Below, piece by piece: positions 1 to 12,937 of a stretch of 64,000 bases of DNA. Under the pieces are notes generated by a model. That model was not told the DNA's origin, did no database searches, and saw only the letters and a program-made list of their open reading frames with translations. The position numbers and the translations under genes were made by a program. Every line of letters starts with the position of its first letter. Position 1 is the first letter of the stretch. This DNA comes from Felis catus. Lineage: Eukaryota. The stretch lies in the NCBI RefSeq assembly GCF_018350175.1, contig NC_058368.1:229464001-229528000 (forward strand). The letters run 5' to 3'.

Positions 1-1980
1 ATTGCAAAATATTTCCCAGCAACTCATATTCCTCAAATGCAATTTTTAGAAATGTACATGCATCCATCCATAATTAAAATTAATTTTTAGCAAAAGATAA
101 ATTTATTCTCAAATATGAATGGCCATAAATCTGCCACATTGTGATAATATTAAATAAGGAATGCTATCTCTTGATATCTTATATAATCTTCATGAGTCTG
201 GTTGGGTTATTTTTAAGTTTCCTTCCAGAATTTTAGTTAAATTACTTCTCAATATTACTTCTCAATGGTCAGAGAAGACATATTACAGACATCTGCTACT
301 GTCTCTTCCCTTGTAGAAAAGCCAATTCCCACATCACAAAACTCTGTGAAGGCAAGCATTTTCAACTCCTGTGTTTACTGTTGAATCCTCACCTTCCCAG
401 ACAGGTGACTGAGGCACAGAATTTGCTCACTGAATATTTTTTGAATGTTAAGCAAATGTTTGAATCTAATCACAGGATATATGGTCAAAATTGATTTTTT
501 TTTTATTCTGTTGGAAAGAAAAGACTCTGGGTGGTACCTACATCAGTATACAATATCCAAGTTGGCTTAATAACTATGTTAGCTTTATAAAATGCTTAGG
601 TGACAGCCTGAAGGATGTTTTTAACAACATAGCTGCATTTAGCATTGGAGAGAACTCAGGGGGAGTTTAACTAGATAATACTCATGTCAGTAATATCTAA
701 CCCTTGAAACTAGGTAATGTGTTCCATATTGGGAAGAATAAGTTAGTAGAAGGGTAAACATAGACATGGCTTGATGCAGGGCATTGTGCCTGTAAAACTG
801 CATGTCTATTACCTAAGAGTTACATAATAAATAAAGCAACACAACACAAGGTACAAAGGGCCTGAGTGAATGGAACTTAAAACACCATCTCAGGTAACAT
901 TCCTGAGAGCCCTGCAGTTTAGGAATCAAAATCCTTAGAGCTGAAAACTATAAGAAAAGTAAAATGAAATCCTATGACCTTATTGGTACCGGGGGGCTGC
1001 TAAAAATGTCAAAGGAGCAAGGCACCTGTTATGGGCTTGTCCCCAGAGCATGGAAAATAATATCCTCAATCAAGCATGCCGTGTACTGTGATCTTTGTTA
1101 TGGCTTTGGAAGACTTACACTTGGTGACACAAATCAGTTAGATACTTTTAACAGCCAAGAAAAGTGACAGTTCCTAAGAACAACTATCACAGCCAAGAAA
1201 TTTATTCTTCTCTCAGAACAAGCCGAAACACTCTCACACTCAGGATCGCAGTCTTGGAATGCCCTTTTGTGAATTGTCAAGTTTGAGAGAGTAGCTTTTG
1301 TTACACTGAACAAGCTTTGCTTGCAGAAGGAAGGTATGAAATCCCCTTGCTAAGCTGCTGTAGGAACGGAGTATGAATTACAAGATGTGAAATTGAATAA
1401 CAAACTCAATTTTTCTATTATAGTATTTTGGGGCCTGATCATTACCAAGTACTTAAAAATTGTTTTTAATCACTAAATATACATTATACATCAGTTTAGT
1501 CAGTAAGCTACCGAGTAATCTCAAATGAGGAAGGAAATCCATACTACAGATCTGATTTCATTTTTGGTAATTTTCCATTTTGTCTTCCTGGAAGCGTTTT
1601 CATTAGCAAACTTTCAAGCCATGGAAAGTTACTGGTCTTTTTCAGGAATGAGTGTGAGGCGGGGGCAGATTGTTTCCAGAACACTCCCAAGATGCCCAGT
1701 TGCCCTTCAACCCTTTCTGTCTACTGGCTCTTCTCCCACTACTTTACACAGCTGGGAGCCTAAAGTCACTGTGCTGCTGGTCACAGCGTCGGTCACAGGG
1801 AACACGGTGCTCTGGGCACACGTTTCTGTCCCCACATGTCTCAGCAAATGCCCCCAGGTAGCCCCAGGGGAGAGATATCACAGCACCCCTTGCTTGCCTT
1901 GGTGACCACTGCATCCAAATATTCATGGGGAATTAGTGTTCACAAGAAGGGGAGGAAACACTAAGGAAAGAAGAATTTAA

Positions 1981-2101
1981 GGGGTGCCTGGGTGGCTCAG
2001 TCAGTTGAGTGTGAGACTCTATATTTCAGCTCAGGTCATGATCTTAAGGTCGTGGGATAGAGCCCCAAGTTGGGCTCCACACTGAGCGTGAAGCCTGCTT
2101 A

Positions 2102-2147
<46 letters not shown>

Positions 2148-2192
2148 TCTCTCCGTCTCTCTGTCTCAAATTAAAAAATAAATAAACAAAAA
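1981..2192 (+). mobile_element. CanSINE (carnivore tRNA-derived SINE)
   Basis: ggggtgcctgggtggctcagtc head, (TC)n, A tail; TSD gaaagaagaat(t/c)taag. Confidence 0.95.
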
Positions 2193-2284
2193 AGAAAGAA
2201 GAATCTAAGACTGTATGCTACAACTGTAAGTTGCGGGGAGAAGTGACATGGGAAGGCAGGAAAGAGAAACTGTCTGACATAAGG

Positions 2285-2530
2285 GTCCGGGGACCTATCT
2301 CTGGAATCAGAACGACCAGGATTGGAGCTGATGCCGGTGTTTGCTTAAGGGTAGCCTTAAGAAATTGCCATATTTCCCTGAAACTCAGTTGACTCATCTG
2401 TCAAATGGAGAACGAAACAGAACCAAAATCGTGATGATCATAGAGTTGTGGGAAGGATTAAATAACCCAAAACATTGAAACTACCGATGTCATAATCTGA
2501 CCCAAAGTCTGTGATCAATACATGTTAGCA
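2285..2530 (+). mobile_element. MIR fragment
   Basis: ctcagttgactcatctgtcaaatggag resembles MIR core; gttgtgggaaggattaaataa. Confidence 0.6.
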
Positions 2531-3152
2531 ATTACTAATTTGATTACAGTGGCCCAAGGGGACACTTTTTCAGGGGGATCATCTCAGCAGTGGTGAGTCC
2601 TGTCACAAGCCCCACAGTCAGTACCGTCTACCTCTGTGCATCTCACCTCCTAACAAAAGTTGCCTGTGTCCTGCTCTCCACTCAGAAGAATGACTTTTCC
2701 AAACTGGTTGTTTAATCTAAACCAAGCGTCCCTTGCAGTCGGATCCAGAAGGTCTAGATATTTTGCTCCATGAATCCTGCACAGGCTGTAACAATTCAAG
2801 CCTGGGAAAAGTTCGAGGTCTCTCTCCCACCAGAGTAAGAAAGCTTTCCTAATTCCATTCCCACAAAACTGATGGAGTCTCTGCCCCACATCATGGGCTG
2901 GGGATGATCTCTGTCTTTACCTCGCTTGCCCCTCTCTGCTTGGAAATCTGTTCCCTCCTCTCCCCAGTGGTGGGCTCATTATTCAAATATATTCCTCTCC
3001 TTGGCAGTTCCCTCCTGTATGCAAAAATACAGGCTGGAAATGGCCCTTCGGAAGGGACCAGCTTGTTTCTTGGAAAAGTGCCTGCATCTGCCAGGAGGTG
3101 GCCAGGGGCTTATGTGGAAACATCAAGCAGTGTTAAAGGAATAGTGTTTTCT

Positions 3153-3372
3153 GGGGTGCCTGGGTGGCTCAGTGGGTTAAGCATCCGGCTTCAGCTCAGG
3201 TCGTGATCTCACGGTTTGTGAGTTTGAGCCCCGCATCAGGCTCTGTGCTGTCAGTTCAGAGCCTGCAGCTTGCCTTGGATTCTGCGTCTCCCTCTTTCTC
3301 TGCCCCTCCCCCACTCTTGCTCTGTCTCTCAAAAAATGAACAAGTGTTAAAAAAAAATAAAATATTTTAAAA
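3153..3372 (+). mobile_element. CanSINE
   Basis: full head-body-tail; TSD aaggaat(a/g)gtgttttct. Confidence 0.95.
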
Positions 3373-3591
3373 AAAGGAATGGTGTTTTCTTTCTTCTAGC
3401 TTCAGACTTTTTTTCCTCTAGGTAACAAAAGAAGAGACAAATCACAAATTCATCTAACTTTTTGAAATAAACTAGAAAGAAGAACAAAATTATAATAATC
3501 TGTTAAATTATATATTTCTCAGATTTGTGTTCTTTTGTGTCCCCATCACCCACTCTCAGCAGTGCTGCGAGGAAAGTAAAGGTTTTGTTCT

Positions 3592-3790
3592 TTTTAAAAG
3601 TTTATTTGTCTATTTTGAGAGAGGGAGCATGAGTGGGGGAGAGGCACAGAGAGAGAAGGAGAGAGAGAGAATCCCAAGCAGGCTACACACTGTCAGCTCA
3701 GAGCCCGACGAGGGGCTCAAATTCACGAACCATGAGATCATGACATGAGCTGAAGTCGGACACCTAACCGACTGAGCCACCCAGGAGCCC
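3592..3790 (-). mobile_element. CanSINE
   Basis: reverse head gactgagccacccaggagccc, gagagaatcccaagcaggct. Confidence 0.95.
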
Positions 3791-4167
3791 TGGAAAGTAG
3801 GGATTTATTATCATCATTCTACTGAATAGGAAAATAAGCCCTGGAGAGTTAGGTGAATTTTTCAATATTAAGACTACTCAATTCTGGCCATAATTATTTG
3901 GTCATATAAATATAATTTTTTTTTTACTTTAAAGGTATTAACATGATTACTCCAAATTATTTATATATTATTCATGTCTTTTATCCACATATATGTATAT
4001 ATAAGTATGGTATGAATGTAAAATCTGAAAATACCAACATGAGATGCAAAAAGTCTCATAATTTCTGATCCCATTAATAATTAAAACATTGGTATTTATT
4101 TTTAAAACCGGTACTTATGATTTTTTTATGGTACACTTTTGTAGAATTTAACTTTTATTCCTAAGTT

Positions 4168-4246
4168 TTATGTTGAACCACATGAAATTGCCATTTGTGA
4201 TAATCCTTGAGCTATACAAACAGAAAAGTATTGATTCAAACTGATA
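4168..4246. mobile_element. MADE2-like mariner MITE remnant
   Basis: tatgttgaaccacatgaaattgcc ... gattcaaactgata resembles MADE2 TIR taggttgaaccatatgaaattgcc; ~80 bp. Confidence 0.6.
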
Positions 4247-6039
4247 CATAATATCGAGATTATATGAAGTACCCCCAACTTGGACATCTTAGTATAAAAA
4301 AATCTACATAGATGAAACTATGCAAAAGGGGAGAATGGACAAAAAGAGATCAATTTTCATCATCTCTTTCACCTTCCCTCCTGACCCACCTCAGCCAGAA
4401 TATTATGTGCCGATCAATTTTGAAGTCTAGGGATAACAGGCATCCCTCAACATATATATTACTAAACCCCAAAATATGTTCTATTACAAAAATTCACCAA
4501 AGAACAATAATGAGGTCCATTATATGCCAATTTACTTTTATGAAAGTGAAAACTACCTTTGGCCACTTAGGAAATCCTGTGAAACATAGGTTCTGGATTG
4601 ATGTACCAATTTCTTCAAGGATATAAGAATCAAATGTTAAAATCAGAAATGTGTTCTCAATAATTGTGGATTGAATTCAGCAAAGAAAAACTGTTTTTAT
4701 GACTTATTTAGAACTAAACATGGGGAGGGAGGTATTATTTACAGGCTGACCACACTGGTTCTGGACTCAGGTGCACAGTAGGAAAAACACTTCCCAGAGA
4801 GTTGCTGCCGGCTGGATAGACCATTTGGGAACTGTGAACCTGTGAGCCAACATAAGGAGAAAAACATGAGAGTCGTTTAAGAAGAGAAGAACACTTAAGA
4901 GCATGATTTCAAAATGCCTTCAAAATGCCCCCAAGTGTGAACTTTGATCCTTTGCATATTTAAGCAAAGGCTGCAGAAAATGACTGGCATAGTTCAAGAA
5001 GTCAGCAAGAATCAGTTGTGACAGTAGCTGATACAATGACCAAAAACAGGCTGGATGAGTCCAGAACAGCAAAGTGGAAGGATTGTCATTAGGTTTCCCA
5101 TTCACTCCCACATTTTTCATTCCATGAATGCTGCTTATGGACAGTCCTCAACTTGCTTAATGGCCTCAATATAGAAAATCGAGCAACTCTCATTCCAAGA
5201 TGGAGAGCCCACATTTCTTTGCCAAGACGACTCATCCTGGCAGGAGGAGGGTGGAGAAAAGGACAAAGCACTGAAATGCATAGACAATTTAAAAGAACAG
5301 AGGGCTATACCGTAATTCATTGAGTTTAAGATGGCATATATTTTATGAAGCACCATGATTTTATGTTGCACTAAGAGGAAAAAAATAATGATGTCAGAGT
5401 ATGAAATAATTTTCCCCAAATTTAAGTTTAAAAGAGGTTTTTAAGAATTATTTAAACAAAAAAATTATTAATAATCTCTCTCATTCATAGGCAGCAATTA
5501 AAATATAAACAAAATAGAGATTAGCCCCAAAAGACAATTAAAGATATTCCTCCCACAATGAATATTTGCGTTACCAAAATGTATTTATCCACCACTCTAT
5601 TTCAGAGCCATTTTCTCTCCATAGTAATTTGTCTTTAACACCAAGTCATAGTGTAAGCTTTTGAATATATTTCAAAAGACAATTAAACTTATTGCATGTA
5701 GTTTAAGTCCAACCAAAGAGATGACAATATGAACAGCCAGGATGACGTTTATCACAGCACATGAGATATGACAACCACAAAATAACAGCCTCTTCAGTAA
5801 TAACAGCAGTAGCCTCAATCTTAAGAAAAATCCCATGAACACAAATGTGAAAATATAGGAAAAAAAAACTTAGAATAGATGAAAAAAACAGGTATACTAA
5901 TAACTTCAAGATATATGCGTATAAAGCATTAAAGAATTCAAGACCTAAGTGATCTTTTATTTTGCATAATTGTAATAAACTACTGTTTTTAAGCCCAAGC
6001 TCATGCAAAAATAGCAGTTTCACTACACCCAACAAAGTA

Positions 6040-6680
6040 GCTAAAATGATTAATAATGTTAAGTTGCACTGAGTATGTAGAGCGATAAAAACTCCCTTAC
6101 CTATCTAATTGGGGTGTAAAACCAAACTCCTAAGTTTGAAGTCGTTTGGGGATTTCTAATAAAGTGAAACATACTCCTATTGTATGACCTAGCAGTTGCT
6201 CCACTAAAGTGATTCTACCAGTCTATACAAGCGTGTATCTATGAATGAGTGTATCTATCCACACAAGAACTTGTTCATGAATGAGTGTATCTACCCACAC
6301 AAGGACTCGCACTCATAGCAACAGTACCATTATCAGCCCAAAGTAGACAACTCAAACATCTATCAAGAAGTAAATGGAATATTTACACAACAAGAGCTGG
6401 CTAAGACAAATCTCATAAAACATGGAGGTCAGAATGTCAAAATAGTTACTTTCAGTGTGTGTGCGTGCGTGTGTGTGTGTGCATGTTGTACAGACTGGGA
6501 AAGTGTATGAGGGACTCATATAATCCTGAATATGTTCTACACCTGAATCTGGGTAGTAGCTAAACCTGTGTACATATGTACATAAAGACAGTATATGAAA
6601 AAATTGAACTATATACTTCAGAGTAGCATAGTGTATGTACTCTATTGGATGTATGTTTTCCTCAATTTAAAAATATTAAA
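6040..6680 (+). mobile_element. old L1 (L1MC/ME-like) 3' fragment
   Basis: tatgacctagcagtt..., tctacacctgaatctgggtagtag, aattgaactatatacttcaga typical L1 3' UTR motifs. Confidence 0.65.
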
Positions 6681-6686
6681 ATTACA

Positions 6687-6977
6687 GACACCTTGGTGGC
6701 TCAGTTGGTTGAGTGCCTGACTCTTGATTAATGCTCAGGTCATGATCCCAGGGTCATGGGATGGAGCCCACGTTCGGCTCTGCACTGACAGGGCAGACTT
6801 TGCTTAGGATTCTCTCTCTCCCTCTCCCTGTGCCCCTGCACCACTCATGCTCACTCTTGCTCTCCCTGTCTCTCAAAGTAAATTTAATAACAATTTTTTA
6901 AAGATTCTCTCTTTTGCTCTGCCCCTTTCTCCTACTTGTGTACTCTCTCTATATAATAAATAAAAATTCAAAAAAAT
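6687..6977 (+). mobile_element. CanSINE with doubled 3' module
   Basis: head ggtggctcagttgg, two successive gattctctct...tgcccct...A-tail modules; outer TSD taaaaatattaaaa. Confidence 0.85.
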
Positions 6978-7854
6978 AAAAATATTAAAAATAATTTATT
7001 CAAATGTCTGAAATTATTTATTTCCTGGAGCCAATTCAACATTCTTCACTTTGTTACAGATCATAGATATATTCGAGTTGCTTACTGTCCAAACTAACTC
7101 TCTAAATAGGCTTAGTATGGTACAAATTATTTATCTTTTACTTGACGTGAGTTAAGCAGGATTGTTTTCCCTTAGCAGCAAGTTGAGACCAACAAATTAG
7201 CTGTTGTGTTAGGGTCAACATATAGGCAAATATATTTTTGAGCATGGACCTGGATGTAGTCTTTGGGGTATTGGAGAAGAAAAAAAATACTCAAAAAGGG
7301 GACAGAAATAAATCCAGGAAGTTGTCCATTTAAAATATATGTTATGAGGAATAACAGTAGAAAAAGTGAGAGATTTTTCTATCTACTTACTTTTTACAAG
7401 TGCAGTCCAATAATGTGAATACGCTGGTTTAAATATGTTAGTAAAGTAGGTTTTGTCAGCATGTCTTATCCTGTTTGCTTCTCTACATAAATGCAAAGTG
7501 CAAAAATGCAGGTCTGATTTCACGTGGCCTTCCTTAGTGGAATGGCTGCTCTCTTCCCCCGGCTGATATGGGGAAGGTAAAACCTACCTAGAGAGTAATC
7601 ATGAGGCCGTGCACAATGTCGAAATGTACAGATTCATCAATTTCACAGTATAATTTTCTGGACATTGTGCTAAAGGAAAGTACTTTTAAAGATTTGTGAT
7701 GCAACATAACTTTTAAGTGAAAATTAAAAATATCTAAGCATTTAAGATCTGGGAGCTGGTTAAGAATTCAGAGCCTCCATCAATGGAATACTTAGAGGGT
7801 AAATATATTTGTGTTGTCTGTGAAAGCTACTTTTTATTAAAAGAGAAACATTAA

Positions 7855-8086
7855 GGGGCGCCTGGGTGGCGCAGTCGGTTAAGTGTCCAACTTCAGCCAG
7901 GTCACGATCTCATGGTCCGTGAGTTCGAGCCCCGCGTCAGGCTCTGGGCTGATGGCTCTGAGCCTGGAGACTGTTTCTGATTCTGTGTCTCCCTCTCTCT
8001 CTGCCCCTCCCCCGTTCATGCTCTGTCTCTCTCTGTCCCAAAAATAAATAAACGTTGAAAAAAAAATTTTTTTTTTAAAAATAAAA
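7855..8086 (+). mobile_element. young felid SINEC_Fc-type CanSINE
   Basis: ggggcgcctgggtggcgcagtcgg...cttcagccaggtcacgatctc; CpGs largely intact; perfect TSD aaaagagaaacattaag (7839-7855, 8087-8103). Confidence 0.97.
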
Positions 8087-9609
8087 AAAAGAGAAACATT
8101 AAGAAGACAAAAGAATTTATAAAATTATACTGTATTACATAAACATAATTATCAAAATCCGAGAGTTGTAGATTAAACAACAGCAGTTACCTAGGAGGAT
8201 AAACAAACAGTAGGAAAACTTCTAGTGCATCTAAATTTTTACAATAAGCAAAAATTGTATAGACTCAGCAAAAACTTAGATCATGATTCTTCAAAACTGA
8301 AGGAGCATGAAGGAAAACCCGAAAATCATATTTTGGTCCAATCATAAAAAACAGGTATTGTCGATAATTCTCAACTTGCCACTACATAAATTAACAATGA
8401 AAATGGTCCGGCTATGTAATTTTTCCAACTTTCTCATGAAAAGATCTAATTTCCTCAGAAAAGAATGGGACATTACTTAAAACATTTTTGTAAAAATATA
8501 TTAATTGCATGAAAAACCACACACTCTACAATTCTGTTTCTCTATATTCAGTTAGTAGCCACAGGAGAAAATCAATGAAAATGAAAAGTAATTTTACAAT
8601 TGGCCACGTTAATTGAGAAATTAATAGCTCAGTAATAGAGCCTTCCCTTGCTTTCTCTTGAGTACATATTTCAAATCACCAAATAAACTTCTTACTTAAG
8701 AATTTTCTATACTATTTTCTGATACCCATCTAGGGTATTAATTATGCGCCAAATATTTATTCTCTATTTATCTATTTATGTTGTGCTACATATTTAACAT
8801 ATGTCTTAGTGGAATAAAGTACTGTATTTATATGTCCGATATTAGGGGAAAAACACCCACTTTAGAGTAGATGCACTTAAGTAGCAAGGTCTGTAGGTTA
8901 GGCGGCAGAAAAAAACAAGTCATTTTTGGGAAAGAGGTTTTAACTGATGTTATCAATTGCTCGTTTTTTTCGGCACTTGCCGATATCCCAGTTGCTAGAG
9001 TTACCCATTCAGTTGGATACATCACACAGCCTCTGACCTCAAAAGGACAGCCTTCAGGAAGCCAAGCAATTATCACCTGGAGCAAAGCATCCTCTAATGG
9101 CAGGAGCAGAGTGCAATGGGACCCTTAGGAAAAGTTCCCAGAAATGACTGGGTTGGATGAATGAGAGAGTCACAGGAATAATTTACTAAGGATGTTCAAA
9201 GTGCTTTAAATACCACCTCATTCATAATCATAATCACGATCATTCAAACAGAAATGAGATATCACTTCTGTTTGTAAAATCATGTTTTTAAAAAAGAATA
9301 GAATGACCTCAAATGCACATTAGTGCATGCAAATTCGTATGCTTATTCAAAGCAGGTTAATAATCTTCCAAGTAGGAACCAAGCTAAAATTATATCCATT
9401 TGATCACACGAATAAGCCAGAAAAGGAGATTAACAGTGAACTTGGAAGAATTGGATGAAAAGCAGACATAAGAAGCAATATGGGAACAAATCCATGGCAG
9501 TGGGAATCAGCAAAGTGATCTCAAATTCCTTCTCTTTTTGTTTTCTTTGGGGGTAGGGGAAAGCAATCCCACTGAAGGTCACATTGTTGTTGTTCTTGTC
9601 GTTTTCAGG

Positions 9610-9700
9610 TTTTATTTAAATTCTAGTTAGTTAACATACAGTGTAACATTAGGTTCAGGAGTAGAATTTAGTGATTATTCACTTACATACAACCACCATT
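9610..9700 (-). mobile_element. 5'-truncated carnivore L1 3' end
   Basis: tttatttaaattctagttagttaacatacagtgtaacattaggttcagg..tagtgatt. Confidence 0.8.
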
Positions 9701-10464
9701 GACTCTTATTTGAGATTACTTCAGGAACTAAGAGTTTTTGAGCCTGTTGCCAAATCGGAGGGAAGATTTAACGAGCCAAGGAAATCAGCTGAGATGAACA
9801 GCAACAGAATGAATGTATATTAAGTACCCATCCTCCACTTCCATCCTTTGTGTTTGTTTGAATCGTATAAACATCGTAAGCCTAAGAAAAAATTCTTTTT
9901 ACTGAAGATGAGGAAAGGCTGGGGTCAAAAGAGGCATGAATATAACCCCAAAGTAGAAGGTAGGCAATGGTAAATGAATATGGATCTCACAAAGTTCCTC
10001 ACGTAACAAACATTTGTGAGAGCACACATTAGGAAATTATTTAGAAAGCTATCCTAAGTCCTAATGTCTGGATGCAAAGCCTAATTTAATAGCAAGAAAG
10101 AGTAAGCAAAGATTGAATTGATCACTGTCTGCAGAGACTTTTATGATCCTTCATTGACAATAAGGCACAGAAAGGAAATTCTGAAAACATGTCAAATCCC
10201 TGGAATTTGTTGAATGCTTTCAAGTTTCATAAACCTACAAAATATATTTTAAATTTGTATTTCCTGCTTGGAAGCAGCAGTTCTTACAGGGCATTTTGGA
10301 CCAAGCCCAGTGGGGTATTCATTTTTCAAACACTGACGTTTTAAGTGGAATCAATTTAACTTTTCTGTTAATATCCCATGATGTGAGTCATTTGTGTTCT
10401 CCTCACTGTAAACTACAGACTCTGCTACTCAAATGTATCTACCCTCTAAAATCACTCAACTCCT

Positions 10465-10670
10465 GGGGTGCCCGGGGGGCCCAGTCGCTTGAGCATCCGA
10501 CTTCAGCTCAGGTCATGATCTCACGGTTGACAAGTTCGAGCCCCGCATCAGGTTCTGGGCTGACAGCTCTGAGCCTGGAGCCTGCTTCAGATTCTGTGTC
10601 TCCCCCTCTCTCTGCCCCTCCCCACTCCCACTCTGTGTCTCTCTCAAAAGTAAACATTAAAAAATTTCTT
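10465..10670 (+). mobile_element. CanSINE
   Basis: TSD aatcact(c/t)aactcct. Confidence 0.95.
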
Positions 10671-11132
10671 AATCACTTAACTCCTTTCAATGTTCACTCC
10701 TCTATGGAGACAGGGGACCTGTCCATTCCCTAATTTGTATCTAATTTGAGGAACAGTGACAAGGACTCTAAACCATCCCCCCAATCTAACATCTACGTTC
10801 ATATTGAGTGATGAAGGGATAGACATGAAATGAATTGGTGTAGATGAGTGCAATGGGGAAATTATTTTGAAAAAAATGAACTGGTTTTTAAAGACATGTA
10901 TTTTCATCATCTCAGTGATCCATGTTCTCTCAGAGATCCCAGCTTTACAGTTCTTATAGAAAAGGGTTGGAGGTTCCCAGCTATGGAAGAAATAACATAC
11001 GGTATAGGGAAGTGCCAAGCATAAAGGAATGAGAAATAATTAAATTTCCTCTGATTCCTAAAGGGGAAGAGAACAGGAAGGGAAGTGGTCCATCCTGTGT
11101 TCTAGCTTCCCTATTTATAATGAAAATAGGCA

Positions 11133-11276
11133 GGGGCGCCTGGGTGGCTCAGTCAGTTAAGCGTCAGACTTCAGCTCAGGTGACTTCAGCTCAGGTCATG
11201 ATCTCACAGTTGGTGATTTCAAGCCCCCCGTCGGGCTCTGTGCTGACAGCTCAGAGCCTGGAGCCTGTTTAAGATC

Positions 11277-11315
<39 letters not shown>

Positions 11316-11374
11316 CCTTCCCTGCTCATGCTCTAACTCTGTCTCAAAAATAAATAAACATTAAAAAAAAATAG
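11133..11374 (+). mobile_element. CanSINE with internal 15-bp duplication
   Basis: TSD aatgaaaataggcag; gacttcagctcaggt x2. Confidence 0.95.
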
Positions 11375-12169
11375 AATGAAAATAGGCAGATTGAAGGGGC
11401 AGCTGACAGCAAATCGTCTTGTGTTCTGGCTCTCTACCCTGCATCACAGGGAAAAAGGTGTTGTGTTAGACTGCGGCCATGAGAAGACCTCAGAACCCCT
11501 TTCTGTTCCCGCATGTTAGAGAAGGGATGCTGTGTCTCGTGTAGGGTACAGAAGGGGTAATGGGTAAGTCAACATGCTCGCTGTGTATTCATGAGAGTCT
11601 GTAGAAGTAACAGGGAAGAGAGGTCCTGGTCAGTAAGGAAGAATGTTCCATCCTCAAGGAACAGAATCCACTGTGAGCAGAGCTCTCAGAGAACATGTCT
11701 GACCAGCCACCTGAGTCTGTGACCTGTGTTGACCTGAAGGCAACATGAGTATCTGCCCTTGGCACCGTGGTCTTCTTCGTTTTACCAGACAGTCAGATGA
11801 TCTTTCTCACACACTTCTCCCCCTTGAGAAAGAGGGACGAAAACAGTGAAAAACTGAGCTTTGACACATCTACTTAGACATTGCTTTAGCATCCCAATGG
11901 GGAAAAAAAACTGTAATTTTGATTTCCCTCACCACACAGCTACGCTGTTCCCTCATTTAGTTAATAATCTAATCAAGGCAGAAGTTGGAAAGCCATTCCT
12001 GAGATTGTCTTCCTCCTCATTACTTTTACCCAAGCTACCGGCAGTTCCATTTGATTTTACCTGGAGGCCATCTCAAACCCATCCAGCTCACTCTGTCCCA
12101 GCCTGAATCACTATCATCTTTTGTCTAAATTGATATATTAGCCGCTGGGGACTGGGCAGGCACTCAGAA

Positions 12170-12395
12170 CGTGGTAGATAAATGCAGACCGTGAAACCAG
12201 ACTGCCACAGCTCTGCCTTTTAGCAATAGAGTGACACTGGGCAAGTTACCAACCTTCTGAGGCAGCTTCTCTAGCTATAAATTGGGAGATAATAAGGGTA
12301 CACACCAAATGCGGTTGAAGCAAGAATTAAAATTTCTTGTATATGAAATGTGTTTAGAACAGTGCCTGGTACATAGAAAGTACTATAGAAATGCT
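12170..12395 (+). mobile_element. MIR
   Basis: gtgacactgggcaagttacc...ctataaattgggagataataa...tagaacagtgcctggtacatagaaagtact. Confidence 0.8.
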
Positions 12396-12937
12396 TTTCT
12401 TTCTTGTAGTTCTTCCTTCCTCCCTTCTTCCTTTCCTCTCTACTTCCCTTCCTGTGTTAAACTCTAATTCCTTGTATAGACTGTTCATAGCTACTCCTCG
12501 GGTCAATGTTATGCGGTGCTCCCTCTGATCGACTCTTCTCCAGTCGCTCTGAAGTGTTTCATTCCCACATTTCCCTCCCAGCATCTGCTCACTGGCTATG
12601 TGTTCTGCCCAGGCAACTCTGTCCCCCATTGTTGGCAAGGCTGGTTGTATGTGACTCTTTGTTTATGGTTTAAGTATAAAGTCCTCCAAAAAGCTGGCTT
12701 AGACCATCTAATGTAAGTTAAATTTCCCCTGAGTCTACCTCATAGATTTCATTTTAAAAAAATCAAACTATTTTGGAATAATTTTAGATGTATTTAAAAG
12801 TCCCCATATGACTCTCACCCAATCTCCCCTATTAATATGTTAGATAACCATGTCAAAACTGACAAAACAACATTGGTATGTTATTATTAAAACCTAGACT
12901 ATTTGGATTCTGTCAGTTTCTCCACTAATATCCATCA

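Noticed and set aside
1525..1905. 126-aa ATG ORF in a GC-richer patch
   Set aside because: No recognisable homology or exon structure; length compatible with chance.
3164..3370. Recurrent MAQxVK..SAQVMISR..SSPASGSVLTAQSLEPASDSVSP ORFs (also 14969, 16369, 25998, 37997, 41483, 56357, 60101, 62968)
   Set aside because: Translations of CanSINE copies, not a gene family.
6241..6308. 36-bp two-copy repeat; similar short duplications at 241, 16649 and 54038
   Set aside because: Ordinary slippage duplications, mostly in old repeats; no spacers, not CRISPR-like.
7855..7935. tRNA-like A/B boxes
   Set aside because: SINE heads, not tRNA genes.
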